This document shows positions 51,603-62,699 of a stretch of DNA of 64,000 nucleotides, in pieces. The notes below the pieces were generated by a model. It was not told the origin of the DNA and did not search any database. It saw nothing but the letters and a program-made list of their open reading frames with translations. How positions within the stretch are numbered: the first letter of the stretch is position 1; each line of letters begins with the position of its first letter. The position numbers and the translations under genes were made by a program. The stretch comes from Hydrolagus colliei (taxonomy: Eukaryota), in assembly GCA_035084275.1 (NCBI GenBank), contig CM068755.1, positions 12,524,001-12,588,000 of the forward strand, in the 5' to 3' direction.

Positions 51603-52009
51603 GATCATACCTTCAGGTAGATAATAAATAAGCTGCTGGTATAAGTGCCTGTGTACCCACTATAAATCATCAGAACATCAACCGGCATTAACTGCACAAG
51701 CATAAAAGGTTGAGAGATTTTACTCTATTCTTTGTACATGAGATTTATATAGCACAACAAGGAGAAATATTGTCCATCTGTATACAATATGCTATAAATT
51801 TAGCAAATTGTTTGTGTTTGCCATCTTAATGGATCCTCAATTTAAGCCGCTGAATTTTGTTGCTCACAGCTTCCTCACCATCTACAGTGTATGAAACGTG
51901 ATATTCTGCAACACTAGAATGTCTTTTTTTGTATTGCAGTATTGAGCAATAGAACAAATCATGTCCCTTTATTAATAACATTCATTAGAAAAACTGAGAT
52001 TCCAACTGT

Positions 52010-52400
52010 TGTACAGTATTTTAATCATTCAGCCTTTCCTGACAAGACATTTCTTATGGCTGTGAACAAGGGATACATTTGTTTGTTGGAACTTGGAGTC
52101 TATAGCAAACGCACACATAGTGACTTTTATTTGCATTTCCAATCCAATCATCAACATCGCACAGTAAAGACTGGGGTCATCAGATCACTGGTAGACATAG
52201 TGCTTTCTATCTTCGGAGGCAACACAGTTGTGATGCATCCAGGAGTCCATACAAAGAAATAAGTTCCCACTTCATCTGATTTGTTGAATTATTCACCTTT
52301 ATCGAAACAAAACTGCCACCCCCGAAACACAACAAAAACTTGTTCGATACAAGATACAGTCCTTTCCATTCACACAGACTGGTTCCTTTAAAATTGTTAG
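52010..52400 (+). mobile_element. Penelope-like element (PLE) RT C-terminal/thumb fragment
   Basis: ORF 51942-52262 contains VYSKRTHSDFYLHFQSNHQHRTVKTGVIRSLVD, matching the PLE motif VYRKPTHTD.YL.F.S.HP...K.GVI.SL..RA. A shifted frame continues IQRNKFP (cf. NGYP). Confidence 0.85.
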
Positions 52401-52787
52401 ACTTAAAGTAACACAAGATTAGTTTCTTCACTGATTTCACTGATGTCCCAAATTATATTCTGCTTTTCCGTAAAACCAGTAAAAGAAGGAAGTATGAATC
52501 TTGATTAAGGTTTTGAGAAAGCAGTGAAACTTAAAAAGAGATACTGAAACTGGAGTTAAAATAAGAGACATTTATGGTGAGGTTGCCTGCTGGAGGTGCA
52601 TATACGTCATGGGGACTTTGGGCTATTGAGGGCTCTGTCAGGATTTAAGCTTGACCCTGCCTGTGGATCAATTTAGGCCATGATGCTATTTTAGATTGAG
52701 GCTGGGATGGACCACACAGCTTATCGGTACTGAATTGTTTTCAATGTGACTGATTTAAACCATTCCATTAACTAAACACATCTGCAG

Positions 52788-52840
52788 AAACAACAATAAC
52801 CAAATTACATTTATAGAGCGCCGTTCACATCAGGAGAACG
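52788..52840 (-). mobile_element. Tail-only retroposon 3' end, (TTG)n type
   Basis: The reverse complement reads CCTGATGTGAACGGCGCTCTATAAATGTAATTTGGTTATTGTTG. Confidence 0.75.
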
Positions 52841-53400
52841 AGACAGAAAGATTTTGGTTCCAGCTAGTTTTTCTAGATTCTTCCTTGATTTATTAATACA
52901 ACAGCTAGATATATTAGATAAGGACACTAGTTCAACACTGCATGTAGGCTTCACCGATATGGATTTGGCAGACTGCAGTTGTTCTCCAGGTTCCTGATTG
53001 CTCTTACCCCGGCACACAGACAAAGCAAGGTAGAGCTTTGTTCATGCACACCTAAGCCCATGTCCAAAGCATCAATATGGATGCCAAATACTAGTTCATC
53101 TTTAAACTTATTAAAGATCTGGGAGAGCGGCCAACTCTCTAATAGAGTTAAAACCTTTGGTGCTCAGCATGAATGATTAAAATACAACGGTTAGAATCTC
53201 AGTTTTTCTAATGAATGCTATTAATAAAAGAATCAGTCTTTGTCCTATTGTTCAGTACAATATTGTGATTCTTGCAGAGAAGATCCATGTTCTAATGCTA
53301 CAGAATATCAAATGTTTGAAGGGAAGAGAAATAGTGGATTTTCAAATGTGAAACAATCTCCACTCCCAAAAGATATGCCGTGGCTGCACATTGGGGGGAA

Positions 53401-53844
53401 ATTATAATAATCTTTAAATTTGATATATAGCCTTACCACTGTCAAGACATCTTGAAGTATTTCACATGATTTATTATAGAATGTAGTGACTGCATATTTT
53501 TTGTGGGCGAACGTGACAGTCAATTTGTACACAGCAATATCCCACAACAAAGCCAAGGCATGAATAATTACACTTATGGGGGAGGGAGGGGAGTCACCAG
53601 GACACTAACAAAAAAACTCCCTTCTCATTTTAAATAGTGTCATGGAAATCTTTACATCCACCTGAACAGGCAGATGGAACCCTAGTTTAACGTTTGATCT
53701 AAAAGAGTGAGCCTCAAATAATGGGGCACTCTCCCAGCACTGCACTGGTGTGCCAGCCTACACCAAAAGCTCAAAGTCTTGGCACAGGGCTTGAAGTAGC
53801 AACTTTGTAACTCAAAGGTGAGAGTGCTAAAGGCTAACACCATG
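53401..53844 (-). mobile_element. Near full-length DeuSINE (SacSINE1-like)
   Basis: The reverse complement has a tRNA head (TAGCACTCTCACCTTTGAGTTAC...TTCAAGCCC), a Deu domain (CCAGTGCAGTGCTGGGAG...CGTTAAACTAGGG...CAGGTGGATGTAAAGATTTCCATGACACTATTT) and an (ATT)n tail. Confidence 0.88.
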
Positions 53845-54756
53845 ATGTCTGATCCTGAAACCAACTCAAAAGCGAAGGGATCAAGGCATGAGATTTGAAA
53901 CAATATTATAAAATTCTGTTGATTTGCCAATTTCAGTTTTACTGATGAGCTCTAACAACATTAAAAGAAAACTTATATTTAAGGCAAAGTCCTAGGGATT
54001 CTGTAAGCACAGTTAAGATCTTGCCAAACATGAAATGATGGTGAAGCATTTAGTGGCATTTGGATTGCAATGTTTCTTTGGTGGGAATATTTGTTCTGAG
54101 ATCAATTATTCAAAAAGTTCTTGGTAAGAGTTATTCTTAGATAGCGACTGAGGATCTTTTATCTTGCCTTATGTATTGCACATGTTGAGCTGGTAGCACA
54201 TTCTGAAGATAATATTGCCAGAGGATACAGAAGATTAATTTACCGATTAATATTCATTTCACCAATGAGGCATTTTCTCCAGCACAATTGAAAGGATAGT
54301 GAGTTATCTGCTGGTGTAATGTCTTTACTGCCGTTGCTTCACTGATGCATTTATTTGCTGTTACCAAGTGTGTTGGGTTTGTTAATGGTGCAGAGACAAA
54401 AAGGATTTGGATTTTTTTTTACTGTTTATACACATGCACATCCAGAACACAAAAGGTGTAGGCCTGATTGAGAATACTTTAGTGTCTATTTTCTGCAATT
54501 TTACAGTTATTTATGTCAGAATCTGAGTATTGACAGCAGCAAAGTGGTGACTGGATGTCCAACCCAATGATTCAGCTCATGTTATGACCAAAATGTAAAT
54601 ATAAATATACTATATATATTTATTTCAATACATTCTCTAAATATTTGACTGGAATGCTGAGGGTAGGAATTGAACCATGTCTTATGGGTGGTAGGTCATG
54701 TTGCAACCCTACTCTGAGAAGTAAAGAAAATCAGGAATAGAAGACAAGGTGCCGTC

Positions 54757-54872
54757 AAATATGCAGTCACTACACTTTACAGTAATATCCTATGAAGTGC
54801 TTTGAGACGTTTTGATGACAGGATAAGGTACTAAGGCATTATATCAAGTGCAGGGATTATTATTATTATTAT
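54757..54872 (+). mobile_element. SINE 3' tail
   Basis: CAGTCACTACACTTTAC...GAAGTGCTTTGAGACG...ATATCAAGTGCAGGGA(TTA)n. Confidence 0.8.
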
Positions 54873-55904
54873 AATTCTGCCAAATCAACACAGTTCTTTA
54901 TTCTGGCCATTCCAGGGGCAGCCAAAATTTGTGAAGCACCAGTCTGCTGTTCATAACCTGGTCTGGAAAGAACTCCTAACATGGTTTCACTTGGTAGATT
55001 TTATCCCTACTATATAAAACAGGCAAGTGTGTAGTACATCCATCTGAATAATCCAGCCCAGGATTTAAAGTAACAAGTGTTACAGCTTTGTGTGATCCTA
55101 GGGCATTGTCCAGTGCAGTGGCGTTCAGTGAAGACTCTCTAAAAATGCTGTAGCTAAACGGACACTTTTGCGACAATTCAAGTTCACATCCACAAATACC
55201 ACTTAGCACACAAACACAGTCACTGGTTCAGGAAAGGTTGGCTAAAGAGATGTAAAAATTTGACATGCGGAATTAGACGAGAGTAAATTATTCAACCACT
55301 ATATTTTAATGTTTTGCAAAGCAGAAGAAAATCATCTGTATTATGATGCCCGAAAAAATTACAGTATGTCAACAGTGATTAAATGCACTTAAGCTAATGC
55401 TTTTAACCCTTTTCTTTCAGAGGGATACTTTTGTCAGAAAAAAACCGTTTACTTCTCTATAAGCTTTTCCTGGGCAAGAGACGGTGTTAACAGTGATAAA
55501 AACCAAGAGAAACTGGATGAATAATAAGCCGTTTTAATACCAAATATATCAAATCACAATCAATTTTTTGTCCAAAAAATTACTTTAACGCTTGGGATTG
55601 AAATTGAGAATGTCATTATTCAGGAATATTTCACATCGGAATTAGAGTGGGGCACTCACCCCGCTTGCATGTTCAGTTCATCGTTTCTTAATCTTTTCGT
55701 TGAAAAATTAATCAACTGTGCAAAAGTGAAGGATAATTAAAGTGTTCGTGTTGCTTGAAATCTTCTTACAAAGTTAGAGGCCTCTTCCAGATATGTCGAT
55801 ACACAGAGCTCCTAAGATCACAAGAGAGGTTCAGTTGAAGAAAACCCTTTAGTTCATTTGATCTAATTGTTTCTGAATACCAACCCTTCATGTTGTAAGA
55901 AGAG

Positions 55905-56120
55905 CCTACAGTGTCCTTCAGGTGAGATGTCAAACTGAGGTCCAGTCGGTCTGTCGTGCTGGACATTAAAGTTCCCATTGCACTATGTGAAAAGGGAAGG
56001 GGGTTCATCCTGGTGTCTTGGCCATCAAATCTGCTAAGTAAAGTAACTTGATCACTCACACCATGGTTGTAGGATATTGCTGTGCACAAATTCGATGCCG
56101 TATTCACCCCCAAAGTATAG
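55905..56120 (+). mobile_element. DeuSINE central (Deu) domain
   Basis: TCCTTCAGGTGAGATGTCAAACTGAGGTCC...GGACATTAAAGTTCCCATTGCACTAT...GGGGTTCATCCTGGTGTCTTGGCCA...TGCTGTGCACAAATT. Confidence 0.8.
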
Positions 56121-58737
56121 CCAGGCACCAGATCGAGTGCAACAAATATTTTTATTCAAACAACAAGCTATTTCTTCAACAGGACCAACAATTGACTTCA
56201 AACAACCAAATACTAACCAATTCCACAAATTCTGGATACCCAGAGTAAGATGGTTACTGTACTCTTAAGCATTGTGAGGGATTTCCACCTTCGTCAGGAA
56301 ACCTAGCCGACCAAATGAAAAAAGTCTTTGATAAATCAAATAAAAACTTTTGGTAATGTAGTATGTTTGAACCTTGTGAGAAAATAATATTACATAGGAT
56401 ACGCCATTTTTTAAATCTGTAGTTTATTGGTATCGATATAATGTGGATCATACATATATAACTTAGTCAAGAGATTCCTTGTGTTTTAAGTTATCTTTTG
56501 CAATATCTGCAGTAATCCTTCTCACCAATTTGATGTCTTAACTCTGCTCATTAATATAAGTGCATTTTCAATTTGGTTGTGGGAGAGTGAGGCATGTGGT
56601 GGGTGACTGAGATGTGGAGGCAATTGAAAGAGTACTACTCTGTCTATCTGTATGAGTGACTCACTCTCTCAACTATGAGTTATTGATTTTTGACATCATG
56701 GGAGGTTGAGGGGGGAAGGGAAACAGAGAACTGGTTTGTGCTTAGATCAAAAGGAGCTTGAATGAAGAGAAGCACTAGTTAGAAAGTTTGACCTCCACTG
56801 GGTTTGCATCCAAGAACCTTTGGTTGGTGATTTGAAAGGGATATTCTGCACAAGAACAAACTGGCTTAGTTTCAATTGCAAAACATTATCCTCCTTCCAC
56901 CTGAATCGCTCAGCAAGTCAAAGGATCATGGAACTAACTTTCCCATCTTTGCTGATTTTAGCTAAAATTTTAGATGTGAGTAAACAGGGCAAAACAATGG
57001 ACCAACGATCAAATTATCTCGATTCAGCATTACCATTGGCTCTGAAAAAATTGGAGCAGAAATATTGGAGAGAAAAATCTGAGAAAGCTTCCCCAAAAAT
57101 AGGGTATTAAAGTTAGAAATATTGATATTCTATAAATTTCTATAGGTGATGAAATCTATAACATAGAATTATATTGAGTCTTGCTGATTAGAGAGGTTTG
57201 ATCTGTCTGCAGAGCCTGCAGATTTTGGACAACGGATTAGGGTGAGTTTGTTGTAGTTAGCTTCAGTGAGCCTGGAGTTGAGATGGAAATTGCCACTTCT
57301 TCCGGAAGTTACTCCTTCTGGAAGTGTGTATTGGTAGACATGAATGAAGACAGGATTCCGATACAATACAGCTCACAGCTGAATAGTTCAGAGTCACTCA
57401 TCGGTATAGAATAGTTGCTTTGGTGCAATCCCAATGAGCCATTAGCAACTTTATTTACACTTTATTTAGTGTAAATCATCAATTTCAGGAGAGAAGAGAA
57501 ATGTGTTTGGGGAAAACAAAAGGTTGCAACCACATAATGATGGCACAGATGCAACCTTGTTTGACAGTCTAAGAAATATCATCTCTTATTCCCAGATTCA
57601 GTGTCGTCCAAAGTCATTAAGACTATTGTACTGTATGAGAAAGACCTACTTCACGACAGAGGACATCTTCAGCAATATTGCTGGATAATGACTGGAAAAA
57701 AAAACAGTTCTTTGGATTAAGACTGTAAAAGAAACAGAAGAGACTACAGTACTTAAACCTCTATGTTTAATCCATATAAGCATAATAGCTGCTAGAGTTG
57801 CACTTAAACATTATATATTAAATCTTAAATACCTCTACAGAGTACAAGCAGAGAAGCTTTCTACTTCAGTTCTCTTTTCTCTGAAACTCTTTTCAAGACA
57901 ATGTCATTGCCTGTTCCTTGAAAACTGAAGTTCAAATGCAGACTTAACTATCACCTGCTGAAACAGGGCTGTTGGAGCATGCATTAGGCAATGGGAAGTC
58001 TCTGGGCTTGCCCTTGTCACCCCAGCATAAATTCTCCAGGCCTTTTTGTACTCTCAGCAACCACCAGAGTCAATTTCATAAGAAGCCTGTCCTCATTAGA
58101 GTTGCCCCCGGTTGCACCCTGTTGTCATGCCACCTAATATACAAAAACAAAAAATAACAGTGGTGGCAGCCTCGTGGAAGGGAATGGTGGCCCTGGGGAC
58201 TGAAATGGCAAGAAAATTGTAGCACTGACCTTCTGAAGAACAACATGACACATCAGCATATAAATAAAGAATAAAGTAATTCAGGCAAGTGGTAAAGAGA
58301 AGCAAGAACTTACTGAAAAATGAAGGGACAGGAAAACGTAGTCGTAAGAAATTCATTTAGGGTGTACATGTGCCAGCATGGTTCTGGGTCTGATCTTATC
58401 ACAACCCAATGAAATATTTTTCATTTCTCACCGTAATGTAATAACACCGATGTTGACGTACTTTGTACGAAAAGAGAATAGATATGCTACCAAATCCATT
58501 ATTTTGCTTGGCACAGTTAGAATTCTTCACGTAATGAGTGTCATTTAGGTCTATCACAGAGTTATTTTCATTGTGCAGAGTGGCATAGTGTGCACAGATG
58601 CATACAATTTTTATCATTATACTGTTGATAACATTGTCAGTCGGTGATCACTGTTTATTGAAGAGGGTGTGTGAGTATCTCTGTGCTATAATTATAAAAA
58701 CCTGGCCTTGGTTCTTGGGCAATTTATACACTGTGAG

Positions 58738-58950
58738 ATATAATAATAAGCTTACATTTGACACAGCAACTTTCACTTCAGTAGGACATCTCAAAGCACC
58801 TCAAAGGATAAATTGTGAAGTGGATTGACTGTATATTTTTGGACTAACACAGCTGCTAACTTGCGCATTCCAATAGCTCACAGTCAACCATGAAGTAAAT
58901 GACCAATATTATTGGGGGAATCATTGGTCAGGAAACTGGGAGAAACACTC
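58738..58950 (-). mobile_element. DeuSINE-type SINE 3' half
   Basis: The reverse complement runs GAAGAGTGTTTCTCCCAGTTTCCTGACCAATG...GCTTTGAGATGTCC...GTCAAATGTAAGCTTATTATTA. Confidence 0.7.
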
Positions 58951-61159
58951 TTCTCTTTGTGATATATGCAGGAAGGCAGAAGAAACAGAAGCGTCAAGTC
59001 TTTTCTGGCTTTATTATATTGACACAAGCATAATATTACCACCATTTTTATATGAGCACAAATATACTCAAAAAGAAAATGATGGTATACTGTCAACTAA
59101 AATAAAAAGATTTATGAACTAATATTCACCTACGTAGGTTACTAAACCAAAAAATATACTTCCATAGCAACAGTACAGGAGGTATGTTCAACAGGGCTAT
59201 CTTTCATTTAGTGTTCATTAATGTAAATTATTCATAATGTAAAAATAAATTCAGTCAAATAAGAACGAAGCAATAGCAAAGATGCAAACCTTCACTTTTC
59301 CCAAGATCTGATTTTTAAAAATAGTTTGTAAGATATTGTGATGAATATTATGATGAATTAGCAGGAAAATTTAAGAAATATGTGCTATTTCCACTGAGGA
59401 CACTGGACTGAAAATATCATTGTTACTTTTATAATTTTACAGCCCGAGAAATACACACAAAAGAAATTTTGATCAAAACGTTTCCCCCCTCCCACTCACA
59501 CCACACCGCCCCCAATTTTTTTTCTCCCTCTCCTGTAATTCAGTAAAAACAATCTGTGCCAATTTGGGGAAAGTGAAAGCTTATTCACTGTCTCACACAT
59601 CACTTAACCCTTAAAATGCTACGGACATGTTTGCACATCTGGCGTTGACTGACATCAGTATCCAACGATGTGTTCACAGATCTTTGGCTCCTGCCTCCTC
59701 TTTTATAAGGAAAAATTGCATCCTAGTCATTGATGTGACCCTGTCATTGATCAATTTTCTGCCTACTCATTGGCAGCAAATCCAGCCTGTCAGTTAATGC
59801 AAATAAAAATCATTTTCAAACTGTTCTCGCTGTCTCATCTTACTATGTAGACGGTTGCTTGTAAGCAAGGTAATGAACAGATTTCAAAGTTAGAAATTAT
59901 TCAAAAAGTAACGGTTTGAATCCGCACAAAAGAAGTAACGTGGGTGGAATATAGCTTAGCGTTTCAATTAAAAAAGGACAGAGGTAGAAAGGGGAAGGGG
60001 AGAGACTGGAAGGGCAAATGAGCATGGCGTCGCCTTCAAAGACAACTTTGCATTTACAATGCGTTATTGTTATTCAAATTCAGCTTTTGTATTTATTTTA
60101 TTGGGTTAAGATTACGATTATAGAAGTAAAGCAATCCAAATGTTTGAGTAGCTTCATTATTGCGATATTGTTTCTTTTCAGCATTGCAATGCTTTGAAAA
60201 CGTACAAAACTGGCTGGCCCTGAGAGATGGACGTCTCCGCAGATTTCTTAGGAGTCTGTGGGTTAAGGATACATAAAAGTTAATGAGAAAGGCACTGAAG
60301 ATTGTAATCTGTGGGTCTGGTGCAGCAATATAAGCAATTTAATTTGCTTGGGTGATCATATGTGCTGATACCTGTATCGGCATATTAATGTAATTTGTGC
60401 ATTAACGACAAGAATATTTGGTGCTGTTTATTAGCACAAAAATAATCCCGTAATCAAAATTATAATTGGATTTTGCAAAAGAATAAAATGATTATGGAAA
60501 TTATTTAACTTTTAGAAATGCTTTCCACAAAAAAATGGGTTTAGTCACAGATTCAAAGGAGTTCGAGACATGAAATCTAAAGACAGAAGCCACCTGATCC
60601 TAATGAGTCTTGTTAGTGGTAATAACCTATACAAATTTTATTAATTATACGCGCCTATACATTATCTAGTCCATTTAGTAATAAGGCAATTAAAAACAAT
60701 GCCATTCCCTACAGTTGTCTCAAACCAGAAGTGATCAAAGAGCTCAGAGAAGGAAAGAGGAACGTCTCTCATCAAGGGATGGGTCTTTTGCCTTGGGCTA
60801 TGCTGCCTCATTATAGACAGAAAGACACTGTTGATCACCAATTAACCTGATTTGTTGGAACTCTGATAGAGACCTCAGATGAAGCCAATTTTCTTTCCTA
60901 AATGAATGACAACATTTATTGACAAAAATGCAGCATTCACTTAAAAGGAACATAAAGGAATCAGTGAATTACGTGTATGTTTAGGAGAATTCACAACTAA
61001 AGCATAAACAGTCTTTGATAAAGGAATATGGGCACTACAACGGTTTAATTAATGCGGATAGCTGGTATGCCATTGTAACCACAAGGAAAGATATAACAAT
61101 ATGACTTGTAAAGATTATATGAAAACTTTTTCTTTCCTGTGGCTTTTTTCCTCCACTTC

Positions 61160-61700
61160 TTCCTTGAGCCCCTCCAGTCTGGTTTCTGCCCTGAGCATAG
61201 CACTTGTCAAGTCACAAGCAACGTCCTCTTTTTCTGTGACCAGGGCAGCCTCTGTCTCCACTTCTTCCTGGACCTCTCTGTCGCATTCAGCACAGTCGAC
61301 CATGCCATCCTCATTCATCGCCTCACCTTCTTTATTCAACTTAGTGAAACCGCATTAGCCTGGTTCAAGTCCCACCTAACAATCTGCCTTCACTTTGCCT
61401 CTTCAAAAGGTTTTTCCTTCCACCCCTGCCTTGTCACATATGATGTACCCCATGGCTACATCCTTGACCACCTCCTCATCTATATGCTCCCTCTTGGCGA
61501 TATCATCCGCGGATACAGGGTAAATTTCCAGTGGTCTGTGAATGACACACTAATCCACTTCACCTCGTCCAGCTACAACTCCAGGTTCACCAATTTTCTG
61601 TCGGCTTGTCTGGACGAGCAAAAACCTCTTGCAATTAAATGTTGACAAGACAGAAAAAATTAATTATAGTTGCAGATTACAAATCACTGTTTTTGTCTAG
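61160..61700 (+). mobile_element. Decayed L2-clade LINE RT fragment
   Basis: ORF 61139-61645: LQSGFCPEHST...LDLSVAFSTVDHAILIHRL...ALAWFKSHL...VPHGYILDHLLIYMLPLGDIIR..VNFQWSVNDT. This is the L2 RT core with YADD mutated to SVND. Confidence 0.93.
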
Positions 61701-62367
61701 TCCCATTACAACATTCTTTCAACTTTACCACGATAATGCTTTCCGCTTTCCCTCTCTTTTGTGTAGAGTTTCGGTCATTATGAAAGACTCGAACATTTAT
61801 AGATTTCTTCACGCCTTTTTCATCCGCCCCATTACGGTTACTTCTCAGAGCAAACAGGCTGGGATTAACTTTTACTGATCTCAAAGTGCCATAAATTTCT
61901 GGTTACTGTATACCTTTCTTGTAGAGCAGTGACCTTTAACATTAACCACTCTGCAAAGTTTTTAGACTGAATAGTGCAGGCAGTTTCTCTTTCGTTTGAT
62001 AAACCAGTAGCAAATCACTTTATTTCCTGCCGAATGACTTTGCCTCTGAATTGGGGATCTGGATGTTATTGTGGGAGATTGAAAAGTTTTGAGCAGTTTG
62101 ATTTGTTCATTTTTGAATCTATACGGTTTCTGCTGGAGATTTAACTATCATGTGATAGTTGAGGTGCTACTTGTTTCACAAGTATCACAAGATTTTCTAG
62201 AGTTCTTCTTTCAATTTTTAGAAATAAGTTTCTCTACTGATTCCATAAAGCTCTCTACATTAGCACTGGCTTTGATCCAACTTGGTGTGTTTTCTTCAAA
62301 CCAAAGTTATCATTATTTTTTAACAGTTCATTGCTGTAGAAAGTTCTTAAGGAACATGAATGCTGAG

Positions 62368-62495
62368 CACAAAATGCAAAATACTACAGCTGCTGGAATT
62401 CAGAAACAAAAATAGAAGTCTCTGTGAACACTCAGCAGATCAGGCAGCACTTATGGAGAAAGTGTGTTAACGTTTCGGGCCCACGACCCTTCGGG
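62368..62495 (-). mobile_element. Inverted Penelope-type terminal repeat (left arm)
   Basis: The reverse complement reads CCGAAGGGTCGTGGGCCCGAAACGTTAACAC...CTCCATAAGTGCTGCCTGATCTGCTGAGTGTTC...CAGCAGCTGTAGTATTTTGC; it is homologous to 62611-62691 and 31064-31190. Confidence 0.85.
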
Positions 62496-62614
62496 CTAAG
62501 TTTCGCTTTAACCCATCATCTTCTGTCCTCTACCACATTTCCTCCTTTGTCTTCCTTGCCCTGCATCCCCCCTCTTTGTTAGTCCTTAAAAGCCTCTTCC
62601 TCCCAACATGCCCC

Positions 62615-62652
62615 AGTTCTGATGAAGGGTCATGGATTCGAAACGTTGACTC
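62615..62652 (+). ncRNA. Minimal type-I hammerhead ribozyme motif within a Penelope-type terminal repeat
   Basis: AGTT-CTGATGA-A-GGGTC-ATG-GATTC-GAAA-C-GTT-GACT: both core boxes, a 5-bp helix II (two G-U pairs), helix I AGTT/GACT, and a palindromic AACGTT in place of helix III. Confidence 0.7.
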
Positions 62653-62699
62653 ACTTTCCTTTCCCCATAGATGCTCCATGAATGCTGAGAGTGGTTGGT

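Noticed and set aside
53942-53975. CTGATGAG as a hammerhead core
   Set aside because: No helix II closing onto GAAA and no helix I partner.
61115-61339. Acidic coiled-coil-like ORF on the minus strand
   Set aside because: It is the antisense shadow of the pyrimidine-rich L2 RT fragment.
61139-61645. Functional or domesticated reverse transcriptase (168-aa open frame)
   Set aside because: The catalytic YADD is mutated to SVND, there are internal deletions, and there is no endonuclease or full ORF2. It is an ordinary dead L2 fragment.
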